Shown here one piece after another: positions 52,033 to 64,000 of a stretch of 64,000 bases of DNA. The position numbers were made by a program, and so were the translations under genes. The notes beneath the pieces were generated by a model. It was not told the origin of the DNA and did not search any database. It was given only the letters and a program-made list of their open reading frames with translations. The DNA comes from Oedothorax gibbosus (Eukaryota). The stretch is from NCBI GenBank assembly GCA_019343175.1, contig JAFNEN010000097.1, positions 93,448 through 157,447 on the forward strand, given 5' to 3'. How positions within the stretch are numbered: position 1 is the first letter of the stretch; each line of letters opens with the position of its first letter.

Positions 52033-52689
52033 TTGCATTTTAAGACGCACTCACTTAAAAATACCCATCAAACTTTGTTGAAAGTTTCAATAAACGGAAT
52101 CAATGGTGTTGCTTGTGCCGACACCGGAGCAAGTAATACAATAACCGGTGAGGTGTTGTACAACCTACTGAAAGAAAACGGGACAATATTCCAAACTGCA
52201 GTCTTGAATGTAACACTGGCTGATAGCATTGAAAAAGAAACCGAGGGGGGGGGGGGGGCACACCACACCGCAGTTGACATCAACGTCGAAAAACAAGTTA
52301 TCAAGATCAAGATTTTTGCTTTACCGGCAGCTAAAGACAATCGAACTCTTGGAACTGACTTTTTGCAAAAAGCTGGAATTGTTCTAAATGTACTACATCA
52401 CAACTGGTACTTTATCGATAAACCTGGAGAAAAGTACCTATTTGTGGAAGACCCTTTTCCGAAAACGTCAAATGCAACAGCTGATTTCCACTCAAACCAT
52501 TTGAGAGACGATGAAGGCCAACATCTTACAGAAATTCAAAAAGCTGAACTGAATGGTTTGATAGAAGAATTTGAAGATATCTTTCAGCCAGGGGAAATGG
52601 CGACGCCTAAGATCCAACACTTTATTGACACAGGCAGTTCAAAACCTGTTTCACCACCCCCATACCGTATGTCACCTGCGAAAAAATAA
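52033..52689 (+). pseudogene. pol, aspartic protease domain (CADTGASNTITG), with a poly-G insertion (G13) at about 52247 giving 'GGGGAHH'
   Basis: DTGA motif. The homopolymer run lies within the ORF. Confidence 0.75.
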
Positions 52690-52701
52690 TTAGATATTCT
52701 C

Positions 52702-53738
52702 TTGGAGACTGGTATCATAGAAGAATGCGAATCCCCGTACGCATCTCCGGTTGTGCTGGTGCCTAATCCTGAAGGGAGTATGCGTCTTTGCATTGATTAT
52801 CGAAAATTGAACACCCTCACAGTTAGCGATAATTATCCACTGCCTAGAATGGATGATTTGCTTCATGAAGCTAGACATACGTCATACATGTCCACACTCG
52901 ATCTAAAGTCAGGTTACCATCAAATTGAAGTAAATCCTGCTGATCGTGACAAAACAGCTTTCATTTGCCCATTAGGAGATAGTGCCGTATGCTATTTGGG
53001 TTGAAGAATGCTCCGGTAACCTTCCAGAGGTTGATCGACAGCTTTTGAAACTCCTTGAAAGACATTATGGTTCTGTCATACTTAGATGATATCATCGTGT
53101 TATCTGAGACTTTTGAGGAACATCTTTCTAACTTAGAAGCAGTTTTCACTAAGTTACAAGAATTTAAGCTGCAAGCAAATCGAGAGAAATGTCACTTTGG
53201 ATGTAACCGAGTCAAGTACCTTGGGCACTACATTATCAAGAATGGTTTAGAAGTCGACCCAGGGAGGACTGCTGCCATACAAAATATACCACCACAACCA
53301 CCACGTAACGTTAAACAAGTTCAGTCATTTCTTCAAACATGCTCATTGTATAGAAGATTCATTGAGAACTTTTCGGAAATTAACAGACCCTTGAGCAATC
53401 TTACAAAGAAAACTGTAAAGTGGAATTGGGGACCAGAAGAAGAAAGGTCATTTAACACCCTGAAAAGTCTCTTAATGAAACCACCTATTCTTCGCCAAAG
53501 GGATCCAACAAAGCCTTACATTCTACGCACTGATGCGAGTAACTATGCTTTGGGCGCAGTTCTCTTGCAATGTTTAGGACCTGATGAACACCCAATAGAG
53601 TACGCCAGCAGATTGCTCAATCAGGCTGAAAAGAACTACTCAACTACAGAGCGCGAAGCACTAGCAGTTGTTTGGGCTCTAAAGAAATTCCGTGCATACA
53701 TTGATGGACAGGAAATTACTGTCGCGTCTGATCACTAG
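52702..53738 (+). pseudogene. pol, reverse transcriptase and RNase H (LVPNPEGSMRLCIDYRKLN.., YLDDIIVLS, ..TDASNYALGAVLLQ). Frameshift at about 53004-53055 and a stop at 53738.
   Basis: ORFs 52702..53004, 53055..53738 and 53742..53966 are collinear with the gypsy RT-RH order. 'LKNAPVTFQRLID' is in a shifted frame at the break. Confidence 0.8.
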
Positions 53739-54163
53739 CCCATGAAGTGGCTTATGTGCCTGAAGTCTCCAACAGGAAGATTGGCAAGATGGACACTAGA
53801 AGTTCAATCTTTCAATTTAAAGGTGGAATACATTATGGGAAAAATAAACGTTGTAGCTGACATGCTCTCTCGTTTTGTCAGCGCGCTGAAGGAACTTGTG
53901 AAATTTGCACCGTTTCCATTGACATGTCAACACGTAACTCGAGAAACATCCGAGAAGAATAACTGAAAGATGACAATCTGAAGAAAATTATCGAATCCTT
54001 CGAAAATGCAGTTAAAGAAGAAAACTTCGCAAACTACTCTGAGAGATTATATCTCATTAAGCAGGGAATCCTTTACAGCTATTCACCAGATTCTGATTAC
54101 GAAGATAAATGTTCTGTGTCATTTTCGTGTACCGTTTTAATCCTTTATGGAATAACCTAGTGT

Positions 54164-55389
54164 TTGGCGCAGTATGGCCTTAGATGCCCTTGCGCCATAA
54201 AACCCGAACATCCAACCATCCATCCTGATTCCGAAGAGGTTCAGCTTGTAGTTCCAGTGCAAGAAAGAGAAAATATCCTCAAGGAGCACCACGACGCCCC
54301 AACAGCTGGACATTGCGGAAGTGAACGCACATACACCAGAATAGCAAACAGGTACTACAGGATTGGTATGCGAAAATATATAACCGATTATGTCAAAAAT
54401 TGCCTGGAATGCAACAGATGCAAGGCATCGAATCAAAAACCTGCTGGATTACTGCGTACACAAATATATTCCCAGAGGTTCGATACATTAGCAATCGACT
54501 TGTTTGGACCACTTCCCGAGACTCCAGATGGGAAGAAATGGATCTTCATAATAGAAGACACATCAATGAAATGGGTAGAACTCTTCGCATTACAAGATGC
54601 CACCGCGCGAGAATGTGCCATAACCTTGCTAGAAGAGGTAATTTTAAGATATGGACTACCGAGACATCTCATCTCTGACAATGGCTCTCAGTTCGTCAGT
54701 GCGGTGATGCAGCAAATCTGTAACCTACTGGACATCGACCAAGTCCTCACCCCTGTTTATTGCCCTTAAGCTAACCCAGTTGAGAGAAAAATAGAGATCT
54801 AAAACCCCGCATTGCTATCTTAGTTGGAAACGGCCTTCACACAGCCTGGTCCGAAAAGCTGCCACTGATTCGTTTTTCCACGAATTCTGCCCAATGCTCC
54901 TCAACGGGATATTTTGCTGCCTTCCTGTAATTTGGAAGAGAAATGTGCACACCAGCGTGAAACATGACTTGCGCAGTGTAATTCACAACGAAAACTTCGT
55001 AGCGGAAATCACACCATACTTGTGTAGGTTTACAAATTTGAGTCGGGAGATAAGAGACCGAGTGGAATAAAAACAAGATCAGCGAAAGGAGTATGCAGAC
55101 AAAAAACGCAGAAATGCAGTACAGTATGCCCCTGGCGATAAAGTCTGGGTCACATCCTTTAAGCAGCAAACCTAACAAGAAATATGCAAAGTTCATGCCA
55201 CGACGTGACGGGCCGTATATAGTGAAAACTCAACGTTTGCTAACCAACTATGAAGTGGCTAATCCAAATAATCCGGACGCGCCATTAGGAGTGTACCACA
55301 CTTCCGCGTTACGCCCTTGCATTGAGTCTCACGACAACGTTAGCCCTGTAAACCCTCTACGCAAGAGAGGTTGTCCCAAGAAGAACTGA
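54164..55389 (+). pseudogene. pol, integrase (HHCC zinc finger HH..C..C, DDE core 'IDLFGPLP...ISDNGSQF') with a stop at 54769. A C-terminal SH3-like/chromo-like segment (KFMPRRDGPYIV) lies at 55093..55389.
   Basis: ORFs 54164..54769 and 55093..55389. Confidence 0.75.
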
Positions 55390-55447
55390 ACAAGACACTC
55401 TTGCTGGATCCTTGCCGGGACGTCAACGAATCCAGAGGGGAACTCTA

Positions 55448-55620
55448 TAACAGACTGCTCGACTCGCCAAGAGAGCGATCACATGCCAATAATGCCCTTG
55501 GTGTGCGAGTTGGAAAGAAGCGTTACAAAAAGTTAGCTCATCAAGTAAATGTGTTTATTTAAATGTTGCTGTGTGTTTTTTCGTATAAACACATAAGTGC
55601 AGGACACACAGTGATTATAA
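55448..55620 (+). repeat. 3' LTR (about 173 bp). Relative to the 5' LTR it has an internal deletion of roughly 120 bp and fewer GCCAAGAGAGC copies.
   Basis: Same termini as the 5' LTR. The polypurine tract lies just upstream. Confidence 0.85.
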
Positions 55621-55925
55621 TTTACATTAAAGGCAATTTATTCCTTATAATTGAAAAAATTAATATTATACTCAACTTTTTAAACGATGTAATAATTCAC
55701 CTTCTTAGTCCCATAAATAATATTTGAAGATACTTTAAAAATACGATATTTCTGCTTTTTAAAACAATTACAGGACAATTACGTTCGGAATTATTGGATA
55801 AACATTACATTGCATGTTTTATTTTACTTTTTACTTTGTTTAAAAAAATACCATTTGTACTGATATGATTAATGCTAAGACATAGAAGCAGAATAAAAAT
55901 AAACAGAATAATGCTTGCAACTTAC

Positions 55926-56714
55926 CTCTTTTTCCATTGCATAAAGTTCTTTAATTTTTTGCAATTTATTGTTTATAAATGATGCTGTGAAATTTTTGAC
56001 TTTCAAGTTATTGAAGACTTTTTCCGATAGTTTTGTAATATTTGAGTTTTTTATGTTTAACTCAAGTGTTTCACTTTGAATGTATGAAAACGCTGACTCT
56101 TCTACATGTTTCAATTTTTCCCCTTCTAATATAAGAACTTTCAAGGATTTGGGCAAGTAACCGCCAAATTTTCCATCCATTGTATTTTCTTGTACATGCA
56201 AATGAATCTCTTCAATTCCTTGATTTTTGCCTAACATTTGCGATAAGTTAATGTTATGATCTGTATAAGTGTCCATTTCTATCTTTTTCAACCCTGATAA
56301 TTGATGGAAAGTGTCCTGGTGAATTTCCTGGAGATCTAAATTTTTAATGTATAATTCTTCTAGCCTTTCCATATTCATAAAGCTATTGTTTAACAATTTT
56401 TGTATGGGATTGTTTTGCAAGTAGAGGGATTTTAGCTGTTGAAGATTTGACCAAATATTACCATATGTTGCTGATAACAAGTTGTTTGAAATGTCCAATG
56501 TTTTTATCTGTTCTAATTGGTGCAGCGCTTCAGATTCAACTGTTTGAATAGCATTGTTACTTAAGTTTAAATGCAAGATGTTGCATGCTTGCAGTGTTGG
56601 AAACTCTTTCAAACTTGTATTTGCTAAATTTAGCATTTCCAGGCTTCGTGGTAAATGATTTGTAATCCAAGTGGGTAATTCAGCAATGGGATTATCAGAC
56701 AAATCGAGCGAAAT
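55926..56714 (-). CDS. LRR surface protein, exon 2 (263 codons; ISLDLSDNPIAELPTW...ELYAMEKE). More LRRs.
   Basis: Minus-strand acceptor ttttttag|ATTTCG and donor AAAGAG|GTAAGT. Phase 0 continues from exon 1. Corresponds to the 275-aa ORF in the track. Confidence 0.8.
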
Positions 56715-57127
56715 CTAAAAAACGAAAACATAAGTTCACATATAAAACGTCTAAAAATATACCCCCATAAATATCCCTAATAAAAACACATAAGTAATAG
56801 TAAAAAAACATTTTTCTTAATTTCTAGGAAGTTTTACCAACAATCAGACTATAAAATCTTTTTTACGTTGCATTTAACTGTCTGACTGTTGGTAAAACTT
56901 CTGAGAAATTAAGAAAAAGGTTTTTTGATTATTTAAAAATAATTATTTTATTTGAATTTAAAGGTAACGCATGAAAGTTTTTTTTTTTCTAAAAGAAGAG
57001 TAGGCAATCTTACTTTAGGATTCACAAAAGGTTTGGGGTCACTTTGACGTTGCTCTACGCGCGTTTTATTCTTCTGTAAGTTTAAAAAGTTGTTTCACGT
57101 TGATTTTTGTGTGTTATTTGAAATTTT

Positions 57128-57215
57128 TGGTAGTGAATAATAGTTTTTAGTTAGTGTGAATAATAGCATTTAGTTAGCAAGAATAATAGCATTTAGTTAG
57201 CAAGAATAATATAAT
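57128..57215. repeat. Tandem repeat, about 27-bp unit (GAATAATAGCATTTAGTTAGCAA), 3 copies, in intron 1 of the LRR gene
   Basis: Direct repeats. Confidence 0.8.
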
Positions 57216-59123
57216 TGACTCCTTTTATCCGGTACATGTTTACTATTGTACTATTTTTTTTAAAAAAGAATCTATCTAACAATGCACAACTTGTTTCACA
57301 AGGAAGTATAAGCTTTGAAAGCATGTGATCAATCATCAACTATAAGAATTCGTGATTAAATTGTAATTTGCTATTAAAAAATAATTTAAATAGTAATTAA
57401 TATAATTTAAAAATTCACCTACATAGAATTAAAACTCCATAATAAACAATTGTTAATTAATGATAATAATTCTTATAAAAAAACTAAAACACACAAATCT
57501 TAATTCTAACAACAATAAACAAAAGCCTTCTTTAGGCTTATCATTTTTATGTACGTATTCGAACTTATATATCCTTACATTAGCTGGCAACGAGTTTTTT
57601 TTAAAGACAGCCGTTTATCTTGGGAAACCCTTCAAGTTTAATGCTATTAACGCTGCTCTTTTTTTATGGTATTCTCAATCATAGATCTACATTCTCATTT
57701 ATATTGGAAACCTACAGCATTAGATACATGCAACCATAATTTTTAGAAATTACCAGAATTTTATTTCATAATTTTTCTAAATTATTTATAATTAATTACA
57801 TAATTTATTATCTTTTTAAATTATTAATTTCATACAATTACAATTTACAATTTATAATTTTTAGTAATTTATAATCTTCATTGTCAGAATAAATAAAGCA
57901 TTTAAAAAAAGAAGCAAAAGATTCATTTTGATAGTAGAATAATTTACTATATTTGTTATGGGATTGGAATATAATTTGGCGGAATTTATATTGGAAACAC
58001 ATTTTTTTCTTTGATACATCTCAGATAAATTACTGACTTTTTTCCCCAGCATTTTGATGTATGGTAAAAAGAGAATGTGTATAAGTACATATGTCGTCAA
58101 GGTAGACCCGTACCTTGAAGGGCTTTAATTTTTTTATTTCTCAATATTTTCACTTAAAATTTTCAGCACAGTTGAAAAGTATGAATATTAGAACAACTAC
58201 GTTAAAATTATTATTATTATTATTTTTTAGTTTATGGACAAAAAAAAGTTGACATTTTACCCCGATTTTTCCAAATATTTAAAGCCCTACTCCTCCCTTA
58301 ATTTTATAGATTCAAGTCTAACTTGTTTTTTACATCATTATACAGGTGTGTAGAACAAAACAATGGTGAGACATTTTGAAAATAATGACAAATATTTTTT
58401 TGGCAGAATTAATTGTCAAGGACACTCCATTTTTGAGAAAAATAATGCATTTTCAATGTTAAATGTATTTTTTTTTTAAAACTTAGACAACCATATTTCA
58501 TAAAAACTCACCATTAGTTTGTTTACTACATCATATGGAATAACACAAAAGAAAAATTAACTCAATAGGATGATTTTCCTCTGAGCCTTAGCGGTTCGAA
58601 GTAGGTGAAAAGCTCAGAAATACGTTTCCGAGAAAAACGTGGTTAAAGATTTTAGTTGTTATTGAAAGTACTTATACACGTCATCTAAATTGTAAGAAAA
58701 ACACATGAACAAAACTGCTAACGACTACCAAATTTGGATAACATATTTTTCAATATGTAAGGTATCATTTCTGATAATAAACTGTTTTTATACAATTTCA
58801 ATTTTTTTTCGCTTTTCAAGGTACGGGTCTACCTTAAATTTAAGAAATTAAGTATTTTTATTTCTTCCATTCAAAACAATGGCACATCATTTTGGTAACA
58901 CCCCCTAAAAACGTTTTTCAGACGTTAGAACCTTAATCATATTGCTTAAAAGTTTATATTTTTCTAAATAAAGCTTTTAATCACTAATTCATATCCCCAT
59001 ATAGTTTCTTACTCGTACGATATTTATTATGTATGATATGTTAATATACTTTTAACTTCATTGACCTAGAGAGGTAAATATATTAAAAAATATTTTATAT
59101 AAAAAATATAGTATTATACTTAC

Positions 59124-61715
59124 AAGTTTTGACCATTGGAATTCAGATGAATCAGGTAGAAGCAATTCGTTTTGGGAGATACTAAAATGTCTCAAATTTT
59201 GTAATGTTGCTATGTTACTGAAATTTATTGACTTGATGTGATTCCCTGTTAGGGACAGAAGCTGAAGGGAATCTTTAACTTTGACTAAAGCTTCTTCGGG
59301 AAATTCCTCAAAGTGGTTAAAAGACAAATCTAGTTGTTCAAGTACAGTTGTAGAAAAAGTATCTGGTGACAAATTTTCTAATTCATTGTGGGCCATTGAA
59401 AGTATTCGTAGTTTTCTTTGATCTTCAAATACATTGTTTTCAATCTGACCAATATCATTGTAAGAAATGTCAAATATTTGCATAGATTTCAATCCTTTGA
59501 GGTCGGTCTCGTCTATGTTTTCGATTTTGTTAAAAGCTAGAGTTAAGGTTTGTAAATGAGCCATATTTGTAAAAGCATAGCTTGTTAAATTCGAAATTTG
59601 ATTGTGACTTAAATCCAAAATTGCAATTGAAAGCCTTATGGGATCAAAATAATTGCTATCAATAAATGAAATATTGTTATGACTGAAATTTAAATGTTTG
59701 ATGTTACTTGAAGTATGACTTGCAGTATAGTTTGCTGTCAAATTTTGAATATTGTTATGATCAACATCTATTCTCAAATTTGAAAGCCTTCCAACTTGAT
59801 TAAAAGCTTCTAAGTTTAAAGAGGTTAATTTATTGTAAGCAAGGTTAATTAGTTGAATATTAGGTAAATTCTGAAAAGCTTCATTATCTATGCTTGTTAT
59901 TAAATTTCCTTCTAATCGTATGACCATTATAGTGTCCAAGTCTAGAAAAGCTGATTTTTTTATTTGCTCAATTAAATTATCATTCAGTTGCAAATAAAAT
60001 AAATTTTGTAGATTGCGAAAAATATGTGACTTTAACGTACTTATTTTATTGAAAGCTATTTTCAAGTGTTGTAGGTTTGAATTTTGTAAGTCATTCACAA
60101 AATTTAAGTCCAAATCTTTGAGTTCGTTGTAATTCAAATTCAAGTATTTTAATTCGTGAAATGAAGCAAAAGCTTCTTGCGGTAAATAAGTAAACGAATT
60201 GCTACTTGCATCTAAGTATTCTAGCTTCGAAAGATAATGTAGCGATTTAAAAGGGAAAATAGGTATTTTTAGAGCATTGTGTAGAATGAGTTTTTCTAAT
60301 GAATGGCGTATGTCTTTAAAAGTAGTATTTTCAATTCTTGAAATTAAATTATGTGATAAATCTAATATTTTTAGGCTACTTAATCTGTAGAATGCTCCAT
60401 TTTCAATTACTTTTACAAAACATTTGACTATCGATAATTTTTCCATTGAAGGACCGATGTTCCTTAAATATTCTGCATTTATAGCTGAGTGCTTTCTGTT
60501 AAAAATAAATTCCCTTAAGTTAGGTAAATTTGTCATGGCTTCTTGTGATAAGCCATTCATTTTAGGACCCGCTATGTCTAAATATTTTAAAGAATGTCCA
60601 TAGTACTTAAAATCATTTGGTAAGATTTCTTTTATAGCATTAGCAGCTAGCGATAATTTTGTTAATCTAGTCAAAGGCAATGCTGGAAATTCTTTCAAAC
60701 TATTGTAACCTAAATCAAGTACTTGTAATGAATTGGTTACGCTGATAAATGCCGTATTTGTCACAATAGAAATTAAACAATGTGATAAATATATTTCCGT
60801 TGCATTTGTTGTTAAAAATGTATCGTTGAGAGTTGTAATCGGATTTCCTCTTAAAAAAATACGGTTAACTTGATGAAATAGTCGAAAACTTTCCGCAGTT
60901 AGTTCTCCTATAAGATTGTATTCAAGGTGCAGTTCGTCCAAATAAATTCGATTTCTTATTTCCCTTCCTTCGGATATTGTCGAAATAAAATTTTCGTTGA
61001 GGTTAACAATTCTAATGTTCTTCAAATTAGCCAAAGCATTCAATGGTATTTGCTGAATCTGATTTCCCATCAAAATTATGTGTTTAAGATGGTTCAACCC
61101 GCCTTGAAAAGTTATGTCATCTATGGACGTTATTGAGTTATAGCCTAAATTTAAAACTTCTAAGGACACCATGTTTCTGAATGCATCATTTTGAATGTGC
61201 ATCAAAGAATTTTCTGATAGATCCAGATGTTTTAAGGTTCGAGCTATGTTACGAAAATCTTCGTTGTGAAGAAAAGTTATTTGATTGCCTGCTAAGTTCA
61301 AATTATTCAATTTTTCCAGATTTTGTATAGCTTCTTTTGGTATTCTTATTAATTCATTGTTACTTAAATCAAGAATTGTCAATGTCTTCTCAAGTCCTGC
61401 TAGTGCATTGGATGGTAAATCGGTAAGAAGATTGTCGTTAATTTGTAGTTTCCACAAACCAGTTCCATTTAAGCTATTATCCTCTAAATAACGAAGCTTA
61501 TTATCTTTAAGGCTCATTATATAGATTGCAGAGTTGTTAATTTGAGATGGAACTGTCATAAAAGGAATACTATGACAGCACACTGATCCTAAATCAGGAC
61601 CGCCGTTTGAGCATGTGCATAACGGATTAAAGGAACATGGTCGGTGCTGTTCCTTAAGTCTAGAATCCACATTTGTGAGGAATAGTAGAATACAAATTTT
61701 ATCCAAGAATTTCAT
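59124..61715 (-). CDS. LRR surface protein, exon 1 (864 codons). Signal peptide MKFLDKICILLFLTNVDS, a Cys-rich LRR N-terminal cap (CSFNPLCTCSNGGPDLGSVCC), then about 30 leucine-rich repeats.
   Basis: An 885-aa ORF in the six-frame track. A perfect minus-strand donor AAACTT|GTAAGT sits after ..EFQWSKL, so the exon ends at 59124. The LxxLxLxxNxL periodicity runs throughout. Confidence 0.85.
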
Positions 61716-64000
61716 CTGAAATAAATTAAATATATTTATAAGTAATGCATTGTACCAAAAATTTTTAACTGAGTTAAATTTGATAATGTTATTTGTTATT
61801 CAAGTTCCCAAACTAAGTTGGGATTTAGGTAAGTGGAATTTTCGGTGGAGAAAAACTTCTTTAACACTTTCGCTACGCAGGATTTTTTGTTTCCGATTAA
61901 TATGTGATAGGAATATCATTATCGAATCCTTAGTTGTACGGCCGCCTGAGCCGTTTTAGAAGTAAAAGGGTTAAAAATTGTTTTAGTTGTTAAAGAATTG
62001 TTTTAGTTTTATTATAGTAATAATATATTTTGGTTTCTGACTTGTTTATTTTGTGATCAAGTGTAGTTTTCTTGTCTCATAAAATAATAAGGGGAGAGAG
62101 GTTTGAGGATTTTCCCAAAACTACCAAATTAATGAAGCTTATTCAAATTCATCAAATTGTTCAACTTTTAGCACTTAGTTTAAAAATTGCATTTTTAATG
62201 TACCTTTAACTGCTAGTAGTTTTACAAGTCGCATAGATCAAATTGTGATTTGGTTCGTTTTTTACCGTAATTAATTTGCGAATGTTATCATGCTTGATTT
62301 TTTTTTGATGCTGAACTAATTACTTGATAGCAGCTCAACAATTCAAAGCCTTAGTTTGATGGGAAAAATTAAATGATACTAAATATTGACAAGTAGATAT
62401 TTTACGAAAAAAACTAGAGCACTTCAATTTCGACTTGTGCTAATACAGAGTCGTGACAGTTAGTAGCTTTTGCTAGTTTGCGAACGCTTCCTTTCATTGC
62501 CCGATGGCCCCGATGCAATTCTGATCCAACTTAATGCCCTCTAGGCCAATAATAATCCGCCGTGCGTTCACCAAAATAACGACTATGGTGGACGCGGGTT
62601 TCCATATCATCATTGTTGTCCCACGAATCTGTCTACGATAGTAGAGCCAGTATCTAGGGAATCTACCGAATACTGGTCACAGAAATTCAAATTTAATGTA
62701 TTTTATGTCTTAAGTATTTCTAATTAGTGTTTTAGAGGGTTATATAAAATAAGCTATCCTACGCCACTGGCAGCTTTTCTACTCGTGATCGAACTTGGAA
62801 TATACAATATACATACTTTAATCTTATTGTTAAATAAGTGAGGAATATCAAGCAGTTTAAGTAACACACTTAATGCTTATAGAATTTTAAATTATAAATT
62901 AATCAGTCAATTTCGTTTAGAATTGTCATATTTATCTATTATTATGAATTGTTGTTTAAGAATTGGAATTTCTAAAATTCAAACTATTAAAAATATTCTC
63001 CAAGTGTCTACGACTAAGACTCAAAATTAGTACTATACATTTCTGTGGCATAAAAGACAACAAGGAATGCCAATTTTTTTTCAAAAAATAATTAAAGCAC
63101 ATAGAAGCTGCAAAAAAAACCACATTTTGGATGCAATGCAATTGAAAACTGTCTCCAGAACTACTGGAACAATTTAAAGGGTTTTATTTATGTTCACTTA
63201 ATCATTAAATAACACATAAAAATATTGCCTGTGACAAAAATAATTTGTGGGGAAAGTCCCCCAAAAGTTACTTTTTTATGTCATCTTCGAGAAAACATAA
63301 TTTAAAAGTAAGTTGAATATATGTAGATTGTTCAAAAATCAGTCGCATGAATATTCAAAACCTTTTTAGATAAGTCTTTATCTCTGACACTAATATTTTT
63401 CCAATTATGGCAATAAAATGTTGATAAATGAAGCAAACAGTGGAGTAGGTCGTTACCAACTCTATTTCTCCAATTTCATCACGCCCCCACGTCAACGTTA
63501 TTTTTCATTTTAAGAGGTTCTTAGTAGTACACGTTTCATTAAACCGGAGTGCTTTTATCTTAGAAGTTTAAAAAAAAAAAACATAGTTAAAAACAAGAAC
63601 ATGTGAAAAATTGTAGTTACTATCTGAAGTCATCAGTACTATAAACGCGAAAAACGTATGTTTTAAGCAGAAAAAGTTCTATTATTCATTCACGTAAACA
63701 GTTAGCATAGAATGGTTCTTCTTAAAAATAAAAAAAACAACTAATTTTAAAATTATGTAAGCCGACTAAAAAATCGTTCTAAAATTTAAACAGTTTATAA
63801 AATGCGGGAGGAAACTGATAATTAAAGTTAAAAAATAAGGTAATTACAATTATCATAATTTACTATCTTAACCGAAAGTCATTTGGAGAATAAAAATATA
63901 TTTGATTGGCCTGCCAATCAATAGTTTTCCCCCTCTGGTTTTAAAAATATAACCTACCTTAATAGGCTTTATCGTCTTCGGTACTTTGTTGATGTCAGAT

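Larger units (their letters stand above)
49669..55620 (+). mobile_element. Degenerate Ty3/gypsy-type LTR retrotransposon (about 5.95 kb), inserted antisense in the last intron of the LRR gene. 4-bp target-site duplication TTTA (49665-49668 and 55621-55624).
   Basis: Direct repeats at both ends, taken as LTRs. A primer-binding-site-like TGGCGCCCAA lies directly after the 5' LTR, and a purine tract (CCAGAGGGGAA) directly before the 3' LTR. The internal ORFs are ordered gag (CCHC knuckle), PR (DTGAS), RT (YLDD), RNase H, and IN (HHCC + DDE). Confidence 0.9.

Noticed and set aside
54837-55196. The 119-aa minus-strand ORF inside the retrotransposon
   Set aside because: It lies antisense to the integrase C-terminal region. 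It is a typical spurious antisense ORF with a hydrophobic, low-complexity translation.

Overview
This is AT-rich eukaryotic (invertebrate metazoan) genomic DNA with spliced genes, GT-AG introns and a very high transposon load. It is not a prokaryotic locus, so I find no operon, CRISPR array or defence island. I resolve two host genes. (1) On the + strand, a multi-exon gene of the TROVE family (TEP1/Ro60-like). I can resolve at least 18 exons between 18658 and 42148. A LPYMAMLRNLKNL motif and a Ro60-like 'QLPLQFYEAFKVL' segment mark the TROVE module, and the 3' end is unresolved. (2) On the - strand, a roughly 1230-aa leucine-rich-repeat surface protein in 3 exons (61715..59124, 56714..55926, 49027..48713). 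It has a signal peptide, a cysteine-rich LRR N-terminal cap, about 40 LRRs, a C-terminal LRR cap, and a hydrophobic tail followed by only 3 residues. That tail looks like a GPI-anchor signal, as in chaoptin. The last intron of the LRR gene carries an antisense, degenerate Ty3/gypsy-type LTR retrotransposon at 49669..55620. It has unequal LTRs, a tRNA-Lys-like primer-binding site, a polypurine tract, a 4-bp TTTA target-site duplication, and gag-PR-RT-RH-IN fragments broken by frameshifts. The remaining sequence is largely nested repeats. These include at least three Tc1/mariner-type MITEs with TA target-site duplications (one retaining a transposase N-terminal remnant) and a 65-bp-TIR MITE family in two copies (one with a SINE nested inside). 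There are also another TIR MITE, at least three tRNA-derived SINE families (about 12 copies), two LINE ORF2 fragments (RT core and RNaseH plus zinc finger), minisatellites and a (TA)n microsatellite. Eight C/G homopolymer tracts of about 13-20 nt recur, three of them in a shared C(n)-AAATT context. All coordinates and reading frames were read by hand from the sequence. No database searches were possible.
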